A stretch of DNA of 64,000 nucleotides from the IMG/VR virus record IMGVR_UViG_3300031834_000002, positions 25,805 through 89,804 of that record; one strand, written 5' to 3'. The DNA comes from a virus. Both the position numbers and the translations under genes were made by a program. Positions 1 to 9,748 of the stretch are shown here, in pieces. Below the pieces are notes generated by a model, which had not been told where the DNA came from, searched no databases, and worked only from the letters and a program-made list of their open reading frames with translations. How positions within the stretch are numbered: the first letter of the stretch is position 1; every line of letters begins with the position of its first letter.

Positions 1-518
1 TAGAGAATAGATTTAACATTAAGTTAAAACGCAATACACAAGTATTGGGTATCGATACAGCTTCGAAATCTGGTTATTGTATTGCTAAGACAGACGAAAA
101 GAAATTGATATTAGAGATTGGATTTGTAAATATAAATGTATCGCAAATTAAAGATAGAGACACCAGACATGAAATGTTATATAATGCTATATATGAAGCG
201 TTTAATGGATTAATCGCTTCACAATTCGATACAGTTGTTATTGAAAATGTATTTCATAGTTTTAATCCCGATACTACAATTTTACTTTCTCGTTTTGGTG
301 GTATAATTTACAGTATTTGCAAGGCAAAACAAATTAAAAATATTATATGGAAATCGGCTTCGCAAGCAAGAAAAGTATTAGGAATTAATCAAAAATGTCC
401 AAAAGGTAAAGCAAAAGAAACCATTGTAAAAAGAGTTAATAAAAAATTAGATACTCATATTACAAATAATGATGAAATAGACGCAATCGTTTTGGCATTA
501 GTAGGATTAATAAAATGA
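1..518 (+). CDS. ruvC: RuvC-like Holliday junction resolvase (5' end runs off the window)
   Basis: LGID, IENVF and NNDEIDAI acidic motifs of the RuvC/RNase H fold; the frame is open upstream of the TTG at 45 back to the window edge. Confidence 0.8.
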   Translation, partial: ENRFNIKLKRNTQVLGIDTASKSGYCIAKTDEKKLILEIGFVNINVSQIKDRDTRHEMLYNAIYEAFNGLIASQFDTVVIENVFHSFNPDTTILLSRFGGIIYSICKAKQIKNIIWKSASQARKVLGINQKCPKGKAKETIVKRVNKKLDTHITNNDEIDAIVLALVGLIK

Positions 519-769
519 ATAATCTTTGGCAAATCACTATAGAACAATATCTCGAAATTATAGAACTTGCAAAACAACATGGTAAAAAAGAAGGCGATAG
601 TATGCAAGAAGAATTTAATGAAATTATGAAAAAATATAAAATTAAATCTTTAGGAACTACAAATAAAGACATTGATGATTTAACTGGAGATTTAAGAGAA
701 AATGGAATAAAAGTATTAAATTTAAAAGAAATAGAACGAAGAAAGAAAAATAATGAAAAAGAAATATAA
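515..769 (+). CDS. hypothetical protein
   Basis: ORF coupled to ruvC by an ATGA overlap. Confidence 0.6.
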   Translation: MNNLWQITIEQYLEIIELAKQHGKKEGDSMQEEFNEIMKKYKIKSLGTTNKDIDDLTGDLRENGIKVLNLKEIERRKKNNEKEI

Positions 770-1019
770 AATAAAGAAAACAAAAACTCTAATCAAAAAA
801 TTACAGATATTTTTAAACCGCTATCGAACTGTAGAAACTATATATTACGAGTTATTAGAACAAGTAGAAAAAGATATGAAATTAGTTACAGGTATAAAAG
901 ATATTGAATTTTTCTTTTGTGATGGAGAATTCTCAGGAATTGGAAATACTTCACGAACTATGGAATTAATTCATAGACATGAATTAGAAGAAGGAGATAT
1001 AGATGAAGAAAAAAATTAA
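753..1019 (+). CDS. hypothetical protein
   Basis: ORF in operon context. Confidence 0.6.
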   Translation: MKKKYKIKKTKTLIKKLQIFLNRYRTVETIYYELLEQVEKDMKLVTGIKDIEFFFCDGEFSGIGNTSRTMELIHRHELEEGDIDEEKN

Positions 1020-1172
1020 ATATTTATCTAAATGTTGTAAAACAGAAATTATTACGATTATGTCTCCAGATTTTATAGGAGACGATACAAAGACAATGAG
1101 AGTAGGAACTTGTCATTTCGGATGTAATAAATGTGGTAAACCATGTGATATTATACAAAGGAGAAAGAAATA

Positions 1173-2222
1173 ATGGGCAGACATCCAAAGGATTGTAATT
1201 GTGAAAATTGTAAAAAAGATAATAAAGAAGAAATAAAACAACCTATACAATCAGAACAAAATAAAGATTTTGAACATCTTATGAAAGAATATGAAAATAA
1301 ATACAATGCCAAACCTGCTTCAAAAATTGTTATTCTTCCTAAAATCAGAACAGGAATATATGCCCTCGATTATGTATTATCAGGAGGTATTGCCCAATGC
1401 GAAGGAGGTCATAAGATAGAGTTTCATGGTAGAGAATCTTCTGGTAAAACTACTATGGCTTTAAAAGTTATCTCCAAATATCAAGAATTAAATAAAACCT
1501 GTGTTTTTATAAATGCCGAAAATTCATATGACCCTCAATGGGCAGAAATTAATGGAGTAAATAATGAAAAATTATTAGTCCTTAAACCCGACACTCTTGA
1601 ACAAGCAGGAGATATATTAATAGATTTAATTCCTAAAGTTGATTTGATAGTTATTGATAGTATTATTGCACTCATTCCTGCCGAAGAATTAGAAGGGTCT
1701 TTAGAAGATAAACATATGGCAAGTTCGGCAAAAATAAATGCTCCTTTATGTAGAAGAATTAATCAGACATATAAAGATTTTAAGACAACTATTATTTTTA
1801 TTAATCAGATAAGAGAAAAGGTTGGAATTATGTATGGCAACCCAGAAACTACAAGTGGTGGGCGTGCATTACGTCATCTTTATGATACTACTGTAGAGAT
1901 AAAAACAGGAAAATCTATAGAAATATCTGTAGAAGGTCTGGATAAAAAAGAACGAATAGGAAACGAAACCATATTAATTAATAAAAAAAATAAAAAAGGA
2001 GTTCCTTTTAGACAAACTATTGTCGATTTTTACTTAACAGGTATTCTGGACAATCGCAAATCTTTACTTTATGCAGGTATTAAATTCGGAATTATTAAGT
2101 TAATGGGTAATACTTATAGTTATAAAGATATAAAAGCAGTAGGAAAAGATAAATTTGGAGAACTTTTAACGGATAAAATGTTAAAAGAAATTGAAGACGA
2201 TATTTGGAAATCTCAACCATGA
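1173..2222 (+). CDS. recA: RecA/UvsX recombinase
   Basis: Walker A GRESSGKTT, Walker B LIVIDS, and FINQIREKVGIMYGNPETTSGGRAL signature. Confidence 0.95.
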   Translation: MGRHPKDCNCENCKKDNKEEIKQPIQSEQNKDFEHLMKEYENKYNAKPASKIVILPKIRTGIYALDYVLSGGIAQCEGGHKIEFHGRESSGKTTMALKVISKYQELNKTCVFINAENSYDPQWAEINGVNNEKLLVLKPDTLEQAGDILIDLIPKVDLIVIDSIIALIPAEELEGSLEDKHMASSAKINAPLCRRINQTYKDFKTTIIFINQIREKVGIMYGNPETTSGGRALRHLYDTTVEIKTGKSIEISVEGLDKKERIGNETILINKKNKKGVPFRQTIVDFYLTGILDNRKSLLYAGIKFGIIKLMGNTYSYKDIKAVGKDKFGELLTDKMLKEIEDDIWKSQP

Positions 2223-2833
2223 AAAAAATATATTATTGTATAGATTGTAGAAAACAACTTACAGCAACAAATCCTATAAAGAGATGTCGAAAATGTCATT
2301 ATAAGTATCAAGTTAAAGAAAATAATCCTAATTGGAAAAATCTTCCTATTTTATTATGTATTGATTGTGGTAAAGAATTATGTAAAAGTGCACGTGCTAT
2401 GAAATGTATAAGATGCGATAAATGTTCGATTTTATTTCAATTAAAAGGAAATCCTGAAAATCATCCAAGATTTAAAACACATCATACAGAAGCAACAAAA
2501 CAAAAAATAAGTATTAAAGCTAAAAAAAGGTTAGAAGACCCTACTAATCATCCAATGTGGCAAGGTGGGCTTTCAAAATTGCCTTATCCTATCATTTTTA
2601 ACAATAAATTAAAAACAGAAATTAGAGAACGTGATAATTATAAATGTAAAAAATGTAATATTACAGAAAAAGAAAATAAACAATTATTAGATATTCATCA
2701 TATTGATTATAATAAAACTAATTGTAAACCAGAAAATTTGGTCAGTGTATGTCATAAATGTAATAGCGAAGTAAATGCTAATAGAGATTATTGGTTCGCA
2801 TATTTTAATTATATTGTAAAGGAGGTGATATAA
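2219..2833 (+). CDS. HNH homing endonuclease with CxxC repeats and a NUMOD3-like motif
   Basis: CIDC/RCxxC repeats, HHTEATKQKIS, IRERDNYKC, IHHIDYNKTNC...CHKCN; ATG at 2219 overlaps the recA stop. Confidence 0.85.
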   Translation: MKKIYYCIDCRKQLTATNPIKRCRKCHYKYQVKENNPNWKNLPILLCIDCGKELCKSARAMKCIRCDKCSILFQLKGNPENHPRFKTHHTEATKQKISIKAKKRLEDPTNHPMWQGGLSKLPYPIIFNNKLKTEIRERDNYKCKKCNITEKENKQLLDIHHIDYNKTNCKPENLVSVCHKCNSEVNANRDYWFAYFNYIVKEVI

Positions 2834-3109
2834 TTGGAAAATCCAGAAATAACACCAATACCAATTAAGATACCAGAAGTTATTAGATTACAAGGGTTTA
2901 AAATTGAAGTTAGGCGAAGTGCTAATCCAGATGGTCAACTTCAATCTTTGGAAAAAGCTCTTAAAATTTTAAAGAGAAAACTTGAAAAAGATGGAGTTTT
3001 AAGAGAAATTAAGGAAAGAAAATGTTTTATAAAGCCATCTATGATAGAACATATTCGTGTAGGTAAAATAGAACGATTAAATGAATTAAATAGGAAAAAA
3101 TTATTATGA
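2834..3109 (+). CDS. rpsU: 30S ribosomal protein bS21 homolog
   Basis: IEVR...LEKALKILKRKLEKDGVLREIKERKCFIKPS matches the bS21 core; GGAGGTG Shine-Dalgarno upstream of the TTG. Confidence 0.85.
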   Translation: MENPEITPIPIKIPEVIRLQGFKIEVRRSANPDGQLQSLEKALKILKRKLEKDGVLREIKERKCFIKPSMIEHIRVGKIERLNELNRKKLL

Positions 3110-3741
3110 TTTATTGGACATCAGATTGGCACATAAACCATGCTAACGCAATAAAATACTGTGGCAGGACTATATATATGAACGAAGAAGAATTATCTAT
3201 ATATAATCTTTTGAAAGATAAACCAATGCATGAACAGAAACAATTTAAAATAAGCAAGGAATCTGTCGATAAAATGAATCAGGATATAATCTATCGTTGT
3301 AATGAACGAGTTAAAGAAGAAGATACTTTATTTTTTGTAGGAGATTTAGGGTTTAAATCTGGCACAGGACGAGGAGAAGGCGAACCAGAAAAATTGCAAA
3401 AATATATTTCTCAAATTAACTGCAAGAATATTATTTGGATAGAAGGCAATCATGATTATGCAGGAAGAAATGGTTTCAAAACTATAATAAGAAAAGTAAT
3501 TGTTCATTATGGCGGAATGGATATTTGTATTGTTCATGACCCCAAATTTGCAGATATTAGATATAAATTGAATTTAGTTGGTCATGTGCATAATAATTGG
3601 CTAATTTCGAGAATAGAAAAAGGAGAATTATTTACAAACTGCTATAATGTTGGCGTAGATATGCATAATTTTTATCCCATAGACTTTAATAAAATAATGA
3701 AAAATTTAACAAAAGGAGAGAAAGAAAATGAAATTACTTAA
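3106..3741 (+). CDS. calcineurin-like metallophosphoesterase
   Basis: SDWH, VGD, GNHD and GHVH motifs. Confidence 0.9.
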   Translation: MIYWTSDWHINHANAIKYCGRTIYMNEEELSIYNLLKDKPMHEQKQFKISKESVDKMNQDIIYRCNERVKEEDTLFFVGDLGFKSGTGRGEGEPEKLQKYISQINCKNIIWIEGNHDYAGRNGFKTIIRKVIVHYGGMDICIVHDPKFADIRYKLNLVGHVHNNWLISRIEKGELFTNCYNVGVDMHNFYPIDFNKIMKNLTKGEKENEIT

Positions 3742-4420
3742 AGGAACTGACAAAATAATAGATGCAATCAATAATAATCAAAAAGATATTGAAAAAATAC
3801 ATAAATCAATATTCGAGAAAAAAATGAAGAACAAAAAATTTAAAAAGACCTACGATAAAGTTGCACAAGGATTAGAAGAAACTGCAAAGTCCCTGAAAAT
3901 GACAGAAGTAGGAGTGGGTAAAAAATATAAAGATATAGACGAAATGTTGGATGATATGAAAAAAGATTGGACTGTATTAGACCATTTAGAAAGTTATTGG
4001 TATAGATATTTCTGGAATTATGTCGAACAAATAATACCACGAATTAGAACATTTATTCAAAGAGGTATAAGAGGATGGGCAATTTCGGATACTTGGAGTT
4101 TCGATTATTATTTAGCTAAAGTTATTGCAGAAGGGTGTCAACATTTAAAAAATAATAGTTATCATGAACTTCATGAGCAAAAAGATTTTAATACAATTAT
4201 ACAAACATTTAAAACAGCAACCGATATTTTAGAATATCAAAAATATTATATTTCCTCTGAAGAATTTACTTGGGCAAAATATAAAAAAGCAATACGATTT
4301 CATAAAACAAATGATAAAAAATATAATCAAGATTGCCATGTAATGACTTTGCGAGAAGTAAAACGATTTGAAAAAGGATTCGATTTATTTAAGAAATATT
4401 TTTTTGGACTTTGGGATTAA
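3728..4420 (+). CDS. hypothetical phage protein
   Basis: 230-aa ORF with RBS. Confidence 0.65.
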   Translation: MKLLKGTDKIIDAINNNQKDIEKIHKSIFEKKMKNKKFKKTYDKVAQGLEETAKSLKMTEVGVGKKYKDIDEMLDDMKKDWTVLDHLESYWYRYFWNYVEQIIPRIRTFIQRGIRGWAISDTWSFDYYLAKVIAEGCQHLKNNSYHELHEQKDFNTIIQTFKTATDILEYQKYYISSEEFTWAKYKKAIRFHKTNDKKYNQDCHVMTLREVKRFEKGFDLFKKYFFGLWD

Positions 4421-4422
4421 AT

Positions 4423-4623
4423 ATGAAAAAATATATACCATGTCAAATTTGTAAATGTAAAGATTGTTTAAAAGGAACTTATCGTATTAATTCTTGGTTT
4501 TGCCCAATTCTTAAAAAACAAATTTGTGATATTTGTTGTCATTTTGATATGGATGCAATAGAATATAAAAAAATTCGTAAACAATGTATAAAAACAAATT
4601 GTAAACATTACGCAGAATTATAA
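4423..4623 (+). CDS. small Cys-rich protein
   Basis: multiple CxxC motifs. Confidence 0.55.
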   Translation: MKKYIPCQICKCKDCLKGTYRINSWFCPILKKQICDICCHFDMDAIEYKKIRKQCIKTNCKHYAEL

Positions 4624-4627
4624 TCAA

Positions 4628-4828
4628 ATGAGAAAATGTAAATATTGCAATTCAATTTGGGTATGTTGGAATTGGATAAAAGCACAAAATTATTATATTC
4701 ATGAATGTTGGGATTGTGGAGATGGTATTGCAGGTTCTTGTTTTGACACTAAAGAAGAAGTAAAAAATGGTATTCCTTATTGGATATTGAAATATTTTCA
4801 TAGATATTTTAAAAAAGGAGAATTATGA
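4628..4828 (+). CDS. small zinc-ribbon protein
   Basis: CKYC...ECWDC. Confidence 0.55.
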   Translation: MRKCKYCNSIWVCWNWIKAQNYYIHECWDCGDGIAGSCFDTKEEVKNGIPYWILKYFHRYFKKGEL

Positions 4829-5049
4829 AAAAGAAAATGAAGTTTAAATGTCATTGTGGATTTCATATAATAGATATAGATACTGAACCATTAGAAGGCG
4901 AAAATTATATTGGCATTAGTATTTATAATCATATTTCTACAAATAGTGGTAAAAAATTAAAAAAACCTATTCATGAAGGAACAGTGGTATTAATAGGAGA
5001 AGAAGCAAGAAAATTTAAAGAATTTATTAAAAAAGGAGAACTAAAATGA
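4825..5049 (+). CDS. hypothetical protein
   Basis: ORF with AGGAG RBS. Confidence 0.6.
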   Translation: MKKKMKFKCHCGFHIIDIDTEPLEGENYIGISIYNHISTNSGKKLKKPIHEGTVVLIGEEARKFKEFIKKGELK

Positions 5050-5495
5050 GAATACTTGAAATTGAACAAATGTTTCAAAAAGAAGAAACTCTTACCAAAG
5101 TGCTTGAAGAATGTAAGGGAGATTTTGAACAAATAGATTATTATGCTAATTCTGTTTTAAAATCGAAGTTAGCTAATAATGCAGAAGAAGCTAAAGACGC
5201 CTTACTTGTTTTAGCTGGTTGTTATTCGAATTTAACTACTGTTCTTTCAATAGCGATAGCCGAAAAAAAGAATAGAGAAGATAAGGAATATAATCGCCTT
5301 CGTATTGAAATCGAAAATGCTGGTGGAAAATTTACTTCTGCAAGTGCAGAAAAACAAGCAAGTGTTTATATTGTTAATTATAGACGAATTCGTAATATAA
5401 TAGAAGGATACGTTACTGGATGCGAAAAACAGATGTCGGCTCTTCAATCTACTTTAAAGAACGAAAAAAGAACATATAATAATACACCAGAATAA
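5046..5495 (+). CDS. possible UvsY-like recombination mediator
   Basis: 149-aa helical/coiled-coil protein near recA; resemblance to UvsY is an impression only. Confidence 0.4.
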   Translation: MRILEIEQMFQKEETLTKVLEECKGDFEQIDYYANSVLKSKLANNAEEAKDALLVLAGCYSNLTTVLSIAIAEKKNREDKEYNRLRIEIENAGGKFTSASAEKQASVYIVNYRRIRNIIEGYVTGCEKQMSALQSTLKNEKRTYNNTPE

Positions 5496-5504
5496 AGAAT
5501 AATT

Positions 5505-5723
5505 ATGGAAAATAAAATAAAAAGCGTTCTTATTATTTGTAGAGAAAGACCAACAGAAGAATTTGATGTTTATTATTGCGTGGGTAGATATGGAACATCA
5601 CGAATCGAAAAAGGTCAAAGAACAGGCGATATGGCTTACATTGATATTTATAACATCTATAAAGATGAAAAATTAATTGCAACTATCGAACGTCCTGATG
5701 TAATAGAATATGAGGTAATTTAA
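5505..5723 (+). CDS. hypothetical protein
   Basis: ORF in operon context. Confidence 0.55.
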   Translation: MENKIKSVLIICRERPTEEFDVYYCVGRYGTSRIEKGQRTGDMAYIDIYNIYKDEKLIATIERPDVIEYEVI

Positions 5724-5725
5724 AA

Positions 5726-6190
5726 ATGGAAAAGAAGATTTGGGGAAGTAAAATAAGATTATTAGAAACTCCTACTGTGGTAGTAGATTTATTGGCATTA
5801 GATAAGAATTCATTTTGTTCTTGGCATTATCATGAATTCAAATATAATATGTTTTTTGTTTTGGAAGGGATTGTAGAAATTAATTTACAACATAAATCTA
5901 AAACAATAGATAGATATAAATATTACATAGTAGAACCTAAAATCAAACATCAATTTATTACAAAAGGCAAAGCAACAATGTTAGAAATAATGTATACAAA
6001 ATCTGTATTAGAACAAGATATAATAAGAGAAATACAAGGTGGTAAAATTATTAATGGTAAACATATTACAGAAGATAAATTAAATAAAAAAGATATTTAC
6101 CAACTACCTGAAATGGATTATAACGACCATAATGAAGAAAGAGATTTTGGTAGAGGGTTTAATGGTATGAGAGAAAAAGATTATGAATAA
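5726..6190 (+). CDS. cupin-domain protein (sugar-isomerase-like)
   Basis: KIWG...SWHYH...FFVLEG...P..KHQF cupin motifs. Confidence 0.75.
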   Translation: MEKKIWGSKIRLLETPTVVVDLLALDKNSFCSWHYHEFKYNMFFVLEGIVEINLQHKSKTIDRYKYYIVEPKIKHQFITKGKATMLEIMYTKSVLEQDIIREIQGGKIINGKHITEDKLNKKDIYQLPEMDYNDHNEERDFGRGFNGMREKDYE

Positions 6191-6349
6191 TACATGTTCT
6201 TGTGGTCAAGAAATAAATACAACTGGAATAGGATATAGTCATAGAGTTTATAATGGTCAAGGCGAAGTTATTTATGAACAATGTATGCATGGATGTATAA
6301 CTGTAGATATAAGAATAGATATAGACCCAGATTATTTAGGAGATTTAGG

Positions 6350-8596
6350 ATGAGACTTATAAATATATTTAATTTTCGCAGAGATGTATATACTTTTTGG
6401 AGAGAAGATAATAATGACTTAAAAATTACTAAATGGACAGGATTTTTTCCATATTTTTATGAAAAAGATTCGAATGGAACTTTTAAATCCTATAAAGGAG
6501 ATACTTTAAAACGTTGGATAGTTTCTGAACCAGCAGAAGTAGCGAAAAAGCGTTCTGTTCATGCTTTCGAAGCTGATATTCTTTTCACCAAACGTTTTTT
6601 AATAGATAAAGTAGATATTATAGAAAAATGTCCTATCAAAGTAGGATTCGTTGATATTGAGATTCAAGCACCTGAATTACCTAATGTAACAGATGCTAAA
6701 TACCCAATTTCTTGTATCTCGGTCTACAACTTCTTGTCTAAAACTATACAAACTTTCTTCTTGCCAGAATACGAAACAGAATATAAAATGATAGATGCTT
6801 TTGTTCTATATTTACAAAAAGAAAAATTTGATATTTTAACAGGATGGAATTTTGTTAAGTTTGATTTTCCTTATCTTGCAAATAGATTTCCAGACTTTGT
6901 AGAAAAAATAAGCCCTATTAATAAATGCAGATATGGCGATGGTCAAGTTTTTTATCCTGCTGGAGTTTCTATTGTAGATTATCTTATTTGGTTTAAAAAG
7001 ATTACTTTAAATAGAGAAAAAGTATATACCTTAGATTATGTATCTCAAAAACATTTAAAACAACCTGCCAAAGTAAAATTAGATTTTATGAAATTAACTC
7101 CTGAATTAAAAGAAAGAAATATTAATGATGTGAAATGTCTTGCAGGATTAGAAGATAAATTTAATTTAATAGGTTATTTTGATGAAATCCGAAGATTAAC
7201 TAAAGTTGAATGGGAAGACCTTGAATTAAATAGTAGAATGATTGATATGCTCTTATTAGAGGAAGCCAAAATACAAAAAGTAGTATTACCAATGAAACCT
7301 GCCGAAGAACGAGGCACTCTTGAAGAAGAATCTGAATTTCAAGGAGCTTATCGAGAAATATTTCAAACAGGTAGATTTGAGAATGTTTATAAGGCAGATA
7401 TAGCCAGTGCTTATCCATATAGTATTATAAATTTTTGTTTAGACCCTGCAAATATTATTTCAACAAAAAGTGATAATTCTATCACTATAAATGATAATGA
7501 ATTTATCCAAAATGATAATGCACTTCTTCCTACTGTAACTAAAAAATTAATTACTCTTAAAAATACTATTAAACAAGAATTAAATAATACTTCTGTAGAT
7601 GCTTTAAATTATAAAGAAGTTAAACAAAAATATGATGCCATTAAAAGTTTAGTAAATTCTGCATTTGGAGTTATGGGTAATCGCTTTTTTAGACTTTATG
7701 ACCCTAAAGTTGCAAGCAGTATTACTTTCATTGTGCGGTCGTTATTACACTATGCAAAAGATAAATTAACAGAAAGAGGATGTAAAATATTATATATAGA
7801 TACTGATGGTATTTTTTATCAGGCAAAAGAAGACCAAATAGATTATCTTAATCAATTAATTAAAGAATGGGCAAAAGAAAAATTTAATAAAGAGAATGTA
7901 GATATTATTTTTGAAAGCGAAGGAATTTATGAAAAAATACTTTTATTAGCATTATGTCGTTATTATGGATTACTTAGAAAATCTAATGGAGAATTAGAAA
8001 CTGAAATTAAAGGTATAGAAATGAAACGTAAAGATTCTACTAATTATTTAGTTATATTCCAAAAAACTCTTATTAATAAAATTTTAGATAATGAACCAAA
8101 AGATAAAATTTATGATTGGATAAAAAACGAAATTAACAATTTTCAAAAACAAAATCTTATAGATATTTCTTTGCCCTGTAAATTAGCTAAATCTCCAGAA
8201 GAATATAAAAATATTCCTATTTCGGTTAGAGCTTTAAAAAATACTCCAAACTTTAAACATAAAATCGGAGACGCTTTTTATTATATTTTCATGGAAGGCA
8301 AAGACACTACTGAAAAAGAAATGGTTATGGCTTTAAGTGAAGACCAACTTGACCATATTAATAAAGAAAATGTGGATTGGCAAAAAATGTTAGAAAGAAA
8401 TATAATAATGAAATTATCTGTAATCTTTGAAGCGATGAAATGGAATATTACTGATATTTATACTGCTCCGCCAAAAGCTAAAAAAAGAGTCAAAAAGGTC
8501 TCAAATACCCTTGATTCTGCCTTAGATTCCTCTATTATAGAGGCAAGGCAAGAAGATGACAAAAATCAGGTAGAAGATACTCAAAAGGAGGAATAA
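6350..8596 (+). CDS. polB: family B DNA polymerase with 3'-5' exonuclease
   Basis: Exo motifs DIE, GWNFVKFDFPYL, NIND; polymerase motifs DIASAYP, KSLVNSAFG, YIDTDG; likely start is the ATG at 6350 after AGGAG. Confidence 0.95.
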   Translation: MRLINIFNFRRDVYTFWREDNNDLKITKWTGFFPYFYEKDSNGTFKSYKGDTLKRWIVSEPAEVAKKRSVHAFEADILFTKRFLIDKVDIIEKCPIKVGFVDIEIQAPELPNVTDAKYPISCISVYNFLSKTIQTFFLPEYETEYKMIDAFVLYLQKEKFDILTGWNFVKFDFPYLANRFPDFVEKISPINKCRYGDGQVFYPAGVSIVDYLIWFKKITLNREKVYTLDYVSQKHLKQPAKVKLDFMKLTPELKERNINDVKCLAGLEDKFNLIGYFDEIRRLTKVEWEDLELNSRMIDMLLLEEAKIQKVVLPMKPAEERGTLEEESEFQGAYREIFQTGRFENVYKADIASAYPYSIINFCLDPANIISTKSDNSITINDNEFIQNDNALLPTVTKKLITLKNTIKQELNNTSVDALNYKEVKQKYDAIKSLVNSAFGVMGNRFFRLYDPKVASSITFIVRSLLHYAKDKLTERGCKILYIDTDGIFYQAKEDQIDYLNQLIKEWAKEKFNKENVDIIFESEGIYEKILLLALCRYYGLLRKSNGELETEIKGIEMKRKDSTNYLVIFQKTLINKILDNEPKDKIYDWIKNEINNFQKQNLIDISLPCKLAKSPEEYKNIPISVRALKNTPNFKHKIGDAFYYIFMEGKDTTEKEMVMALSEDQLDHINKENVDWQKMLERNIIMKLSVIFEAMKWNITDIYTAPPKAKKRVKKVSNTLDSALDSSIIEARQEDDKNQVEDTQKEE

Positions 8597-8839
8597 ATGA
8601 CTAAATATGACTATACAGAACAATATTTAATAGGTATTCAAGAAATAGACACAGAAATAACTTATTATATGATAATTCCTAATAATAAAGATTTAGCAAT
8701 ATTAATGGGTAATTTAAACACAATAGATTATCTTGTTATTAATATTACTCCTTTAATAAATTTTGTAGATTTTGATGAATTTTTATCTAAGATTAGAAAA
8801 AATAACAAACCCAATGATATGAATTATGGAAACAAATAA
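8597..8839 (+). CDS. hypothetical protein
   Basis: GGAGG RBS. Confidence 0.6.
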   Translation: MTKYDYTEQYLIGIQEIDTEITYYMIIPNNKDLAILMGNLNTIDYLVINITPLINFVDFDEFLSKIRKNNKPNDMNYGNK

Positions 8840-8854
8840 AGGAGAATAAATAGA

Positions 8855-9070
8855 ATGAGAAAATTTTTAAATTGGTTTCGTTTGTCATTTTATCAATATT
8901 TATTCGAAAAAGCCGATTATCCAAAATGGAGGTCGAATAATTTTTTTATAGATTGGTTTATAAGATTAAGATGTAGAATTAAAGGGCATCCTCATGGAGA
9001 AATTTATTATAATCCAAATGGTTATAAACCTGATGGAAGATGTAAAGATTGTGGGGATTTAATAATATAA
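8855..9070 (+). CDS. small protein with C-x3-H and CxxC (DUF1660-like)
   Basis: RCRIKGH...CKDCG. Confidence 0.5.
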   Translation: MRKFLNWFRLSFYQYLFEKADYPKWRSNNFFIDWFIRLRCRIKGHPHGEIYYNPNGYKPDGRCKDCGDLII

Positions 9071-9097
9071 AATTCACAAAGGAAGGAGGACAAACCA

Positions 9098-9316
9098 ATG
9101 ATTAGAAGCGAACACGCAAAAGACGATTTTACTGTGTTAGAGAATAAGATAAAAGAAGGTAAAGTTACACTTGAAGATGTGGCGAAAGTTGTCATAACTT
9201 TAGGTAAACTCCTTCTAAGTGTTAGAAGTAATCAAGTTACACAGATGAAAGCACAGGGAGTAGAATTGAGAAAACCAGTAATAAGAACAGAAGAAAAGAA
9301 AGAAGTAGAAGAATAA
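9098..9316 (+). CDS. hypothetical protein
   Basis: strong AAGGAGG RBS; followed by a hairpin. Confidence 0.65.
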   Translation: MIRSEHAKDDFTVLENKIKEGKVTLEDVAKVVITLGKLLLSVRSNQVTQMKAQGVELRKPVIRTEEKKEVEE

Positions 9317-9338
9317 TTTCTTTTCTGTAGTATAAAAT

Positions 9339-9362
9339 GAGAGGGGAATAAATGCCCCTCTC
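9339..9362 (+). terminator. stem-loop, putative terminator
   Basis: GAGAGGGG-N8-CCCCTCTC; weak U-tract. Confidence 0.55.
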
Positions 9363-9411
9363 CCAACTGTTTATAGAGGTTGTTAAGAAAACAAAAGTTA
9401 CCATGAAATCA

Positions 9412-9440
9412 TTGACTTTAAGATTAAATTATGCTATACT
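9412..9440 (+). promoter_or_regulatory. sigma70-type promoter with extended -10
   Basis: TTGACT-17 bp-TATACT with TG upstream of the -10. Confidence 0.8.
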
Positions 9441-9460
9441 TATAGTGTAAAGAAAGAAAA

Positions 9461-9748
9461 ATGAAAAATAAATCGAATAAAGACAAAGGAAATAAATTTG
9501 AAAAAGAATGTCAACGAACAATTAATAGTGGTGCTTTTAATAGAGACCATGACCTTTCGACCAGTGAACAATGTATAGAATGTAAATTTACTGAAGCTAA
9601 AGGATTTAGAATTTCAACAAAAATTTTAGAGAAGTTATGGGGAGATTCTCTCGATGCCAACAAGATTCCTTGTTTAATTATCGGAATAAAAGACGGAACT
9701 ACGCAATGGACAATTAAATGTGAAATAAATAAGGAGAATAAACCATGA
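9461..9748 (+). CDS. Hjc-like PD-(D/E)xK resolvase/endonuclease
   Basis: KGNKFEKE...D...IECK. Confidence 0.75.
   Translation: MKNKSNKDKGNKFEKECQRTINSGAFNRDHDLSTSEQCIECKFTEAKGFRISTKILEKLWGDSLDANKIPCLIIGIKDGTTQWTIKCEINKENKP

Noticed and set aside
8511-8538. Promoter inside the 3' end of polB (TTGATT...TATTAT)
   Set aside because: 16-bp spacing, no TG extension, and it lacks the signature of the other promoters
6350-9748. Archaeal virus assignment based on PolB and the Hjc-like protein
   Set aside because: RecA, bS21 and -35/-10 promoters point to a bacterial host
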